Of a stretch of DNA of 64,000 bases, positions 1 to 8,138 are shown piece after piece (position 1 is the stretch's first letter; each line of letters opens with the position of its first letter). The translations under genes were made by a program, and so were the position numbers. Source of the stretch: Bdellovibrionales bacterium (GTDB taxonomy: Bacteria > Bdellovibrionota > Bdellovibrionia > Bdellovibrionales > Bdellovibrionaceae); NCBI GenBank assembly GCA_043747425.1, contig JAYTPC010000138.1, positions 21,271 through 85,270 on the forward strand, given 5' to 3'. The notes under the pieces were generated by a model that ran no database searches, was not told the origin of the DNA, and saw only the letters and a list, made by a program, of their open reading frames with translations.

Positions 1-415
1 AAAACATGGATTCTGGTAAATACTTGGTCTTTAAATCATTTTTTTGTAAGACATTTTTTTGCGCTGCTTTCCAACTTTTTTCGAATGCTGCTAATTGCTG
101 TTGATCTTTATAGAATAGCGCACTGATATACTGATCACCCTTATCACAAAACTGACCCCGTTGATCGTAGGGATCAACATTCTTCCAGTAAACTTCTAAA
201 ATCTTTTCTAATGGAACAATCTCGGGGTCATATTCGATTTGTACGACTTCAAGATGCCCCGTGGTCCCGCTGGATACTTGTTCGTAAGTCGGGTCTTTTT
301 TAGTGCCACCAGCATAGCCAGACACTACAGAATTCACCCCTTTTAATTCTTCAAAAGGTTTTTCCATGCACCAAAAGCAACCGCCTGCGACAGTTAATTG
401 TTCAAACTTTTTTTT
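1..415 (-). CDS. msrA: Peptide-methionine (S)-S-oxide reductase MsrA domain. The 3' end runs off the window and there is no start codon of its own.
   Basis: My reverse-strand translation of 415->1 reads [64 protein letters not shown]...[21 protein letters not shown]. This is the MsrA fold with the catalytic GCFWC motif. The frame is open from the TAA at 416-418 to the window edge. No ATG/GTG/TTG precedes the catalytic Cys. It is absent from the ORF track (no start, edge-truncated). Confidence 0.8.
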
Positions 416-933
416 TTAGCATCAAAAAGTTTGACGTACTCTGCGTAACCTTCTTTTTCGAGTTGCTCTACGGGAATAAATTTAAAGGCCGCTGAATTCA
501 TACAAAAACGTTTACCCGTTGGATTTGGACCGTCATCAAAAACATGACCTAGATGAGAATCCGCTTTTACACTGCGCACCTCGGTGCGTGTCGAAAATAA
601 TTTTTTATCAACTTTTAAGGTAACAAATTTATCATCAATTGGTTTTGAAAAACTTGGCCAGCCGGTTCCAGAATCGTACTTATCTAGTGAACTAAACAAA
701 GGCTCGCCGGACACGATATCTACATAAATGCCAGCTGCTTTATTATCATTAAACTCATTTTTAAACGGCTGCTCGGTGCCTTCTTTTTGTGTAACTTCAA
801 ACTGAATTTTAGTTAGCTTTGTTTTTAATTCAGCTGCACTTGGTTTTTTCCAGTCCATGGTTGGTGCTCCTGCAAATGTGTTAAGTGTAAAAAAAATTAT
901 CAGAACAAATCTTAGAAAATTCATTTTTTTCAT
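394..933 (-). CDS. msrB: Secreted peptide-methionine (R)-S-oxide reductase MsrB
   Basis: 179 aa. N-terminal signal peptide ([23 protein letters not shown]). MsrB motifs [15 protein letters not shown] and [11 protein letters not shown] are present. Confidence 0.9.
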   Translation of the reverse strand: MKKMNFLRFVLIIFFTLNTFAGAPTMDWKKPSAAELKTKLTKIQFEVTQKEGTEQPFKNEFNDNKAAGIYVDIVSGEPLFSSLDKYDSGTGWPSFSKPIDDKFVTLKVDKKLFSTRTEVRSVKADSHLGHVFDDGPNPTGKRFCMNSAAFKFIPVEQLEKEGYAEYVKLFDAKKKSLNN

Positions 934-1433
934 TTTTTAGTCTTCCCTGTCGTTGGTTGTGCTGCCGCCGATTTTGTTTTCTTTTTTCGTTTTTTACTTA
1001 TCTTTTTTGGTTTTTCACAGGCTGGAAACTCAAGTTTACTTAATGTTACTTTGTCAGCCATCGAACAATCCTTAAAAGCCACTTTATATAAGGTCGATCC
1101 ATTATCTTTAGTTTCAACGTACGGGTAAATATATTCTTTGTATTCATCAATATAGAATCTGAACTTGGATAAATCTGCATTTTTACCAAACAAGTTTTTG
1201 TTCCATACACAAACCTTCACGCCCAAATCATTAAGTAAAGTCACGTCATTGCCAATAACAACGCTATGACGCTCTGTAGACCAAATTGGCTTTACCGGTC
1301 GACTCAGCAATTCATCCTCTTTCATGACGGTGCAGGTGCGCGGTGGATCTTTGACTTTTCTTAACCGAATGCGTGCTTGCACCGGGTCAATAGTCAGCAG
1401 AATAAAGAAAAGCAGAAACATTGCATTTAACAC
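930..1433 (-). CDS. Hypothetical secreted protein with a Lys-rich C-terminal tail
   Basis: 167-aa ORF with a hydrophobic N-terminus and an ATGA stop/start overlap with msrB. The C-terminus is [26 protein letters not shown] recognise no family. Confidence 0.5.
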   Translation of the reverse strand: MLNAMFLLFFILLTIDPVQARIRLRKVKDPPRTCTVMKEDELLSRPVKPIWSTERHSVVIGNDVTLLNDLGVKVCVWNKNLFGKNADLSKFRFYIDEYKEYIYPYVETKDNGSTLYKVAFKDCSMADKVTLSKLEFPACEKPKKISKKRKKKTKSAAAQPTTGKTKK

Positions 1434-1452
1434 AGATTATTTTAGTGCGATC

Positions 1453-1887
1453 TTATTTTGAAAGTAAATACTGAAATGCTGTGCCATAGTATTTAAGCTG
1501 TTTAATCATAGAATAAAGGCCATTGGACCTGCTGGGGCTAAGCCCTGTATCGAAGCCCATATCTTTTAAAAAGCCTACATCTGTTGCAAGAATTGTTTTC
1601 GGTGTTTCATCACTGTAAATCTGAAGGACTATGGCGACTAAACCTTTTACCAACAGCGCATCGCTATCACCTTTGAAAATTATTTTTTTGTCTTTCGATA
1701 GTTCTGCTTTAATCCAAACTTGAGACTGACACCCTTTTACTTTTAGATCTTCTGATTTTTCAGAGTCCTCAAGGCCCGGCCATTTTTTACCAAGCTCGAT
1801 GATTTTTTCGTACTTCTGCTCCCAGGTGGTGCATCTATCGAAAGTTAATTTCAAAGTCTGAATTTTATCTTCTATGCCCATACTCAA
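1453..1887 (-). CDS. sufE: SufE-like sulfur-acceptor protein
   Basis: 144 aa with the SufE/CsdE active-site stretch VKGCQSQVWI and the typical length. Confidence 0.85.
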   Translation of the reverse strand: MSMGIEDKIQTLKLTFDRCTTWEQKYEKIIELGKKWPGLEDSEKSEDLKVKGCQSQVWIKAELSKDKKIIFKGDSDALLVKGLVAIVLQIYSDETPKTILATDVGFLKDMGFDTGLSPSRSNGLYSMIKQLKYYGTAFQYLLSK

Positions 1888-2662
1888 TAACTTCTTTTTC
1901 TAATTCTAAGCCTTGTTGACCTAGAATTTCTTTAAACTGATTTCTATCTAGTTCTTTTACAATTGCAAAACATTTCTGATAATAACTTAATTTTTCGGTG
2001 TAACCATTCCATAAACTTCGATCTACAGAATCTGATAAAGATTTTTGCGCTTGCTCAGCCGAAGTAAATTCGCGTTTATTTAAGTACATCAATTGATCTG
2101 AAATGTCTCGCGGTGAAAAATCAGTTTGCACCAAACACTCTTCAGCTAGAGCCATTTCGACATAACTTAAGTAATCACTAAACACCGACCAAAACTTCTG
2201 CCCATCTTGGCCGTAGTCACTGCGGCAATAGAACGAAGTGCAAACCACTCCACGGTATTGCCAAATAGAACACTGGTTATCGGCCACGCTGAAATACGGA
2301 CACAACAAGTCGGCACGATTTCCAAAATCATTTTCATTTTTTGATAAAAAAGATAATTGATAATCAAAAGGCGCCATAATGCCAATGGGTAGTGCAAATT
2401 GTTTATTCTTAATTTTTTCTTCAATTTTTAAAATGCCAGAAGTCTTTTTTGGTTCCAGTAATAAAGCTCCAACAGCGTAATTAGGTAAGTAAGGATGAAA
2501 CGTGCAACATTTCAGATTTTCTTTGTAGGTGTAGCTAAAACGCTTATCTCTGGATCTTAAACACTGATTGCAGGTGGCCTTTGTCTCCGTCGCCTTCAGA
2601 CTTAACACTTTTGGCGAGACTAAACCTTCATAGACAGATGGGACAATGTTTTTAATCTGCAT
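1865..2662 (-). CDS. Cys-rich protein, YkgJ/UPF0153-like putative Zn/Fe-S binding domain
   Basis: 265 aa. The Cys pattern is CNQC...KCCTF...LLCPYF...NQCSIWQYRGVVCTSFYC. It resembles the CxxC..CC..CPF..C.IY..RP..C signature of the YkgJ family. It overlaps the sufE start by 23 nt. Confidence 0.5.
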   Translation of the reverse strand: MQIKNIVPSVYEGLVSPKVLSLKATETKATCNQCLRSRDKRFSYTYKENLKCCTFHPYLPNYAVGALLLEPKKTSGILKIEEKIKNKQFALPIGIMAPFDYQLSFLSKNENDFGNRADLLCPYFSVADNQCSIWQYRGVVCTSFYCRSDYGQDGQKFWSVFSDYLSYVEMALAEECLVQTDFSPRDISDQLMYLNKREFTSAEQAQKSLSDSVDRSLWNGYTEKLSYYQKCFAIVKELDRNQFKEILGQQGLELEKEVIEYGHRR

Positions 2663-2679
2663 AGCCCAGCCTTAATTCT

Positions 2680-3555
2680 TTAAAATAAGCCGTAACACGC
2701 TGATTTAATTTTTTTCACTAATGGAACAAGTTCTTCAGTGATTGGCCATCTCCAGACAAATTCGCTGCAGTTCATAAAAGAAGGAAAAGTAATGTTATTC
2801 ATACTGTCTGAAAAATAAAACTTTTCAGCAGCAATATTTGGTGCCACGTGTTCGATCATCCAAGATAAAGCTTGCTGACTTAAGATTCCATTTTGGTGAA
2901 GTTCCAAAGCAATCTCAACGGCGGTTACGTAGCCAACTTGGCCGGTTAGCAATTTGTTACCTATTTCTGGAAACAGAACACCGTCGAACATACTTCTTTC
3001 TGTTTTGTAAACTTGGTGGATGAATGTTACCAACTGAATATTTCTATGCTGCAACTCACGAGTTGCTTGCAGATAAATTTCGCTGTCTCGTTGACCATTA
3101 TCTCCAACGAAAACAATCACGTCTGGTTTTTCGATTCTAACTTGTTTACGGATTTCATTGATCTTGTGGTTTTTGTCAAAAAGGTCTTCTCGAAGACTTA
3201 ACACGCCGCCTGGAAATTTGTTGTGGGTAAGAAAATGCAAATGAGCATCTCCAAACGCCGTTGTACCCGCAATTTCTTTGGGCGCATTTGATATATAAGC
3301 AAAGCGTGTGATTGTGTTTGGTTCTCTGGATAAAAGTTGAAAAAGCTGAGCCATGCCGGAAAACCGCACGGTGTAGTTTGGAATTCTGGGAGCAGCATAA
3401 AGCGGATGAAGCACATGAGAAACCTTCAGGGTGTCATCGATATCACTGATAATAAGCACTTTTTTGTGTTCAGAGGAGTAAGCCAAGCTCGAAAGGATGG
3501 ATACTGCGACAACAACGAATAAGGATAGGATTAGATTCATAGTGTTAAACTCCAT
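2680..3555 (-). CDS. App1-family (DUF2183) HAD-like phosphatase with a signal peptide
   Basis: 291 aa with DIDDTLK (DxDxT) and VGDNGQRDSEIY motifs, as in the App1 phosphatidate-phosphatase catalytic domain. The N-terminus is hydrophobic. Confidence 0.6.
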   Translation of the reverse strand: MEFNTMNLILSLFVVVAVSILSSLAYSSEHKKVLIISDIDDTLKVSHVLHPLYAAPRIPNYTVRFSGMAQLFQLLSREPNTITRFAYISNAPKEIAGTTAFGDAHLHFLTHNKFPGGVLSLREDLFDKNHKINEIRKQVRIEKPDVIVFVGDNGQRDSEIYLQATRELQHRNIQLVTFIHQVYKTERSMFDGVLFPEIGNKLLTGQVGYVTAVEIALELHQNGILSQQALSWMIEHVAPNIAAEKFYFSDSMNNITFPSFMNCSEFVWRWPITEELVPLVKKIKSACYGLF

Positions 3556-3779
3556 TTCAAAATAATGTCTCGTTATAACACAATGCGCTGTAAAATCCTA
3601 TATCTTTAAATCTGCGGGTGATCGCCAATTTTTGGCCTTTCTAGTTTGCTTTTTTAAAACAAAAAATACTTCAATGATTACAGGTGCTTGAAGTGTTTCA
3701 TTTGTAGAATCTTTCGAAAAGTTGGCCCTGTTTTTTGCATACTTAAAGTTAAGTCCAATTAAACGAAAGCGGAGGCTTT

Positions 3780-4037
3780 ATGAAAACAGCTTTAATCCTT
3801 TTAACCCTGTTTGTGTCTATATTCAGTTTTGCTGCAACAAAACAGGCAGATAAAAGCTATAAATTTATTTACCGCATGGACCGGCAGATTTTTGAAGTGA
3901 GTAAAGCTGCTGCCAATAAAGACATCGCTTTTAAATTAGCTGCGAAAGAGTGCTTTCAAAAGTTAACCGGCGGAAACTACCCTGGCGAAGAGCGTGGTTT
4001 AGACATCATAGATATTTGCGCAAATCCAAAAATGTAG
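3780..4037 (+). CDS. Small secreted hypothetical protein
   Basis: 85 aa with a signal peptide (MKTALILLTLFVSIFSFAA) and two Cys. A GGAGG Shine-Dalgarno lies just upstream of the ATG. Confidence 0.5.
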   Translation: MKTALILLTLFVSIFSFAATKQADKSYKFIYRMDRQIFEVSKAAANKDIAFKLAAKECFQKLTGGNYPGEERGLDIIDICANPKM

Positions 4038-4051
4038 TTACTCTTAAACTC

Positions 4052-4261
4052 ATGAGTATATTTAAAAAACTAACTGATTTTATTGGCGGCAAAGAACCCG
4101 AAATTTTCGATGACAAAGGCGCCGTGCTACATAAATTACCCAAAAAACAATGGGACGATTGGAAAAATAGGCTTATCAAAAACTCGGAATACAATTGGCG
4201 CGAACACAAAGGCAACCAGGCTGGTGCGGCTCCTGCGAAAACACCGAATACCACGAAATAG
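4052..4261 (+). CDS. Small hypothetical protein (69 aa)
   Basis: An in-frame ATG at 4052 within track ORF 3950..4261 avoids overlap with the preceding gene. It reads MSIFKKLTDFIGGKEPEIFDDKG...EYNWREHKG. No family recognised. Confidence 0.35.
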   Translation: MSIFKKLTDFIGGKEPEIFDDKGAVLHKLPKKQWDDWKNRLIKNSEYNWREHKGNQAGAAPAKTPNTTK

Positions 4262-4268
4262 TTTCTCT

Positions 4269-4580
4269 ATGTTCACACATATAAAAATTCTTGTTTTTGT
4301 TTCTAATCTATTAACTTCATTGCTATCAATTGCAAAGCCTGGAGAACTTGTTTCTTTGACTCATCTTCAAGATGTGGATGCGGCCGAAGTAGCGGCCGGT
4401 CGTAAAATATTTTGTCCAGCAACTGTAAATATTAAGAAAGCCTTTGGTTTTAAAATTTACAAAGTGGAATACAGCACGACAGATTTAAAAGGACAGCCAG
4501 TTGTTACAGCCGGACTTATTATGGTTCCACAAGTGGCTGAAAAACTTCCGTTATTCGTTTACCAACATGGCGATGATTGA
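4269..4580 (+). pseudogene. N-terminal fragment of a secreted alpha/beta-hydrolase (lipase-like), truncated
   Basis: The ATG at 4269 (in frame with track ORF 4083..4580) gives a signal-like N-terminus. It is followed by KIYKVEYSTTDLKGQPVVTAGLIMVPQ..PLFVYQHG, the strand pattern that precedes the oxyanion HG of lipases. The frame stops at HGDD* with no GxSxG nucleophile region after it. Confidence 0.45.
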
Positions 4581-4600
4581 AATTTGACAATCATCGCCAT
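4567..4600. repeat. Perfect 13-bp inverted repeat (hairpin) at the truncation point of the hydrolase fragment
   Basis: ATGGCGATGATTG-AAATTTGA-CAATCATCGCCAT read directly. The TGA stop of the fragment (4578-4580) lies in the stem/loop junction. Confidence 0.9.
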
Positions 4601-4806
4601 AACATTTTAGGCGACCCGGAGTATTTTCTGGAAAAGATTTTAGCTCTGCTCGGAATTTTCCACATTCGCACTGTACCTCCACCAAACCTCCAGAATTAAC
4701 TAGGTCTCGATGTTTTCTTCAATATCCTTTATTTAGACCTCATTGCTAACTGCGGACTTGCAGTCAACTCGTACGGAGGATCCAATTCAATCGCGCGGGT
4801 ATTAAA

Positions 4807-5391
4807 TTACTGCCGCTTGTAAATTTGCTCCATAGCCTTGTAATCTTTGCCAGTCACCATGTCGGGCATATACATCGTAAAAGTCGCGTTGTTTTTATCG
4901 ATGATTTTGAATTCTGAACGCATCTTCTGAGAAATCTTTTTGACAGGGTCCTGATATTCGCCAGTTTCGGAAATCACTTTCGTCGCTGAATCGAACGTGC
5001 CTTCGAGTCGCATTGAAGCCGTTGACATAGAATCATGCCACATCGACTCGAATTTTTTGGTCACATTATTGTATCCCATTATGCCCAAGCCTTCATAAGG
5101 CTGACCCATCATTTTGCCTTTGAAATCTTGCTGGATAAAGCGACCACCGAGTATTGATTTGAATGTGGAACTCCCAATTGTTTCCTCAGGAGTTGACCCA
5201 TTTCTCTGCCATGACTTTGTAGCAACTTTCCACTCCCCAACCAGACCCTTCAACATTGTGTGCTCGGTCCCAGGAGTAGAAGCTTTCTGCCAGGCTTGCA
5301 TCATTTCAGCTTGTTTGGAGTCAATCACTGCTTTATCGTCAGAGGCGCTTTTTTTTGAATTTAAATTTGTATTCGTTTTAGTTTGATCCAT
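4807..5391 (-). CDS. DUF1579-family protein
   Basis: 194 aa. MMQAWQKASTPGTEH...GGRFIQQDFKG.MMGQPYEGLGIMGYNNVTKKFESMWHDSMS matches my recollection of the DUF1579 consensus. Confidence 0.65.
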   Translation of the reverse strand: MDQTKTNTNLNSKKSASDDKAVIDSKQAEMMQAWQKASTPGTEHTMLKGLVGEWKVATKSWQRNGSTPEETIGSSTFKSILGGRFIQQDFKGKMMGQPYEGLGIMGYNNVTKKFESMWHDSMSTASMRLEGTFDSATKVISETGEYQDPVKKISQKMRSEFKIIDKNNATFTMYMPDMVTGKDYKAMEQIYKRQ

Positions 5392-5536
5392 TGTTATCCT
5401 TTTGATGAGATGTTTATAACCTATTGTATAATTTGCAATAAATGAACCGCAAGTTGAACATTATTTAAGGATCTAAAGCTAACCTATGAGGCAATTCACC
5501 TCCGAAATTGGAATTGTCCAGTAATCCATGACCCGT

Positions 5537-8044
5537 CTAGTTCAACTTCTCTTGCCACTTTGCAATTTGATTCAGCGCCTCAAGTGGTGAAGTTTTCAAA
5601 ACAGAAAATGTTTTCAGTTCCTGAATCAACTTCTGCTGCTTAGGATCCGGCTGAAACTTTGGCGCTGCTTCAAAAAATGAAAGCTGATTTATTTTTGCGT
5701 CCGGTTGTTTAACACTAGGATTAGAAACTTCTAATTGTTTCAGTAAATCAGCAGCGCGCAGAATAATTTCTTTTGGAAGACCTGCAAGCTCTGCCACTTT
5801 GACACCATAACTTTGGCCAACAGCTCCATCGGTTAAGATATGCAAAAATTCAATTTGGCCACTAGCCGTCGTTAACACTTGCATGTATTTATTTTTAATC
5901 TGCATGAACTTTTTTTCAAGCACTGTCAGTTCATGATAATGAGTTGCGAAAAAAACATGAGCTTTTTTGAAATCCAAAATGTATTCAAGTATTGCTTGCG
6001 CTAGACACAAACCATCAAAGGTGGCTGTTCCCCGACCCACTTCATCTAAGATCAATAAACTTTTATCCGTTGCCGATTTTAACATCTCGGCCGTTTCAGA
6101 CATTTCTACCATGAATGTTGATAAGCCTTCAGAAAGTTGGTCACTGGCACCAATACGAGTAAAGATCGCATCGTAAATAGGAAGCTTCGCAGCAGTTGCA
6201 GGAATGTAGGATCCCATTTGTGCAAGGATCACCGTTAAGGCAACCTGACGCATCAGTGTTGATTTACCGGCCATGTTGGGGCCTGTAAGTAACATGCAGT
6301 CTTGTGAATCCATAGAAATAGAATTAGAGATAAACTTTCCACGCACGAATTGTTCAACAACGGCGTGTCTAGAATCTTGAATAGATAAATTTTTCTCAGT
6401 TTCAATGGAATGAAACTCAGGACGGCAATAACTTTCTTCAAGACTTAACCAAGCTAAACTAGAAACGACATCCATTTCGTTACAGATCGAAGCTAACTTT
6501 AGCACTGTGTCGGCCGACTTTAATATCTCGGTGCGTAAGTCAGCATAAACTTCATATTCCAATTCAAAGCGTTTTGTTTGCGCTGATAAAACTTTTTTCT
6601 CAAGATCCAAAAGTTCATCGGTGTAAAAGCGTTCGGCGTTAGCTAGCGTTTGTTTCCGGTGATAGTGAGCAGGAGCTTTGTCTTTGTGTGTGTTCGTGAT
6701 TTCGATGTAATAACCAAATACGTTATTGTATCTGACCTTCAGCGAATTGATTCCCGTTTTTTCTTTTTCCGATTTTTCTAATTCCGCAACCAATGAATGC
6801 GCGTTTGTTGAAAGATGGATCAGCTCATCGAGAGTGGATGAAAAACCCTTCTTGATGATGTGCCCCTGCTTTACTGATAAAGGAGCTTCCGAATCAATGG
6901 TCGTATCAATTTTTGAAGCCAGCGCATCAGCATCTTTTAAGCAATCAGCGTGATCAAACTTAAAAAATTTTTCACACCATTTAATAGCCTGAAGTCCCAC
7001 GTTTACAGACGAAGCTAATGCTAGCAGATCTCTGCCATGGCATTGTGGTTGAGCAATTTTTCCAATGCGGCGTTCGATGTCACCCATGCCAGCTAATATC
7101 TCGCGAACTTTTTTAAGCTCAAGCATGTTATCCCGAAACAAATTTATTTTATCTAATCGTGAATTGATTTGCTTGTGGTCTTGCAGTGGAAACAAAAGCC
7201 ACTGTCGAAGTAATCTAGAACCAGCCGAGGACTTCGTTCGGTCAATCGCCTTAAATAGCGATCCCGTTTCTTGATTTTTATAATTCGTGAAGATCTCGAG
7301 ATGACGTAACGTCGTTTGCGATAAAGCCAAACGTTTTTCTAAAGTGCGTTGTTCAAACGGTTTCAAAATAAGTTCTAAATCACTGACTGAAAGTTTTTTT
7401 ACATAATCTAAAAGTAGTTGTTGTGAATTTTGAAAGTTATGGTCTTTGTGTTCTGAAATTAAATAATTTTTAGAGATATTATGTTCCATAATCCACTGGG
7501 CATCTTGAGCTTTACCGTCGGTCACGACAATTTCAGCAACGGGTAAAATACTGATCAGTCGAATTTTTTCAGCGGTTTCTGTTAAGTTATAGAAAAAACA
7601 TTCACCCGTTGTGGTATCAATGAAGCTAATCGAAGTTAAATCAACTGCGCAGATATAATGCGCTTTCGTTTGATCTAAAGTTTCGCTGTCGAAAATCATC
7701 CCCGGAGTCAGCACGCGGGTCACTGCCCGTTTCACTAAGCCTTTAGCAAGTTTTGGATCTTCGATCTGATCACAGATCGCAATCTTAAGACCTGCTTTAA
7801 GTAGTTTATTAATAGGACCCGCGATCGAGTGATACGGAACACCACACATTGGTGTTGAGTCTTCTGATTTTTTATTTCTTTGAGTTAGTGCAATTCCGAC
7901 AATCGGTGCGGCTTTAACGGCATCGTCGTAAAACATTTCAAAAAAATCACCCATACGAAATAGTAATATTTTATCAGCATGGAATTGTTTAATGTCCCAA
8001 AACTGTTTCATCAACGGGGTCAATTCACCGGTCTTTTTTGCCAT
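5537..8044 (-). CDS. mutS: DNA mismatch repair protein MutS
   Basis: 835 aa. The N-terminus TPLMKQFWDIK...FRMGDFFEMFYDDA is the mismatch-binding domain. The Walker A is GPNMAGKST. DEVGRGTATFDG is present, plus a C-terminal dimerisation tail. Confidence 0.97.
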   Translation of the reverse strand: MAKKTGELTPLMKQFWDIKQFHADKILLFRMGDFFEMFYDDAVKAAPIVGIALTQRNKKSEDSTPMCGVPYHSIAGPINKLLKAGLKIAICDQIEDPKLAKGLVKRAVTRVLTPGMIFDSETLDQTKAHYICAVDLTSISFIDTTTGECFFYNLTETAEKIRLISILPVAEIVVTDGKAQDAQWIMEHNISKNYLISEHKDHNFQNSQQLLLDYVKKLSVSDLELILKPFEQRTLEKRLALSQTTLRHLEIFTNYKNQETGSLFKAIDRTKSSAGSRLLRQWLLFPLQDHKQINSRLDKINLFRDNMLELKKVREILAGMGDIERRIGKIAQPQCHGRDLLALASSVNVGLQAIKWCEKFFKFDHADCLKDADALASKIDTTIDSEAPLSVKQGHIIKKGFSSTLDELIHLSTNAHSLVAELEKSEKEKTGINSLKVRYNNVFGYYIEITNTHKDKAPAHYHRKQTLANAERFYTDELLDLEKKVLSAQTKRFELEYEVYADLRTEILKSADTVLKLASICNEMDVVSSLAWLSLEESYCRPEFHSIETEKNLSIQDSRHAVVEQFVRGKFISNSISMDSQDCMLLTGPNMAGKSTLMRQVALTVILAQMGSYIPATAAKLPIYDAIFTRIGASDQLSEGLSTFMVEMSETAEMLKSATDKSLLILDEVGRGTATFDGLCLAQAILEYILDFKKAHVFFATHYHELTVLEKKFMQIKNKYMQVLTTASGQIEFLHILTDGAVGQSYGVKVAELAGLPKEIILRAADLLKQLEVSNPSVKQPDAKINQLSFFEAAPKFQPDPKQQKLIQELKTFSVLKTSPLEALNQIAKWQEKLN

Positions 8045-8138
8045 GCTAAGGTTTTATTTTTTTATAAACGTTGATTCAATTGTTAACTGTTGGTCTATCG
8101 ACAATGATGCAATGCTCGTAGTCGAAAATGTTTAAAAT

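Noticed and set aside
3950-4580. The long versions of track ORFs 3950..4261 and 4083..4580, which overlap each other and the 3780..4037 gene.
   Set aside because: The N-terminal extensions have odd basic or low-complexity sequence and overlap better-supported ORFs. In-frame ATGs at 4052 and 4269 give non-overlapping genes with sensible N-termini.
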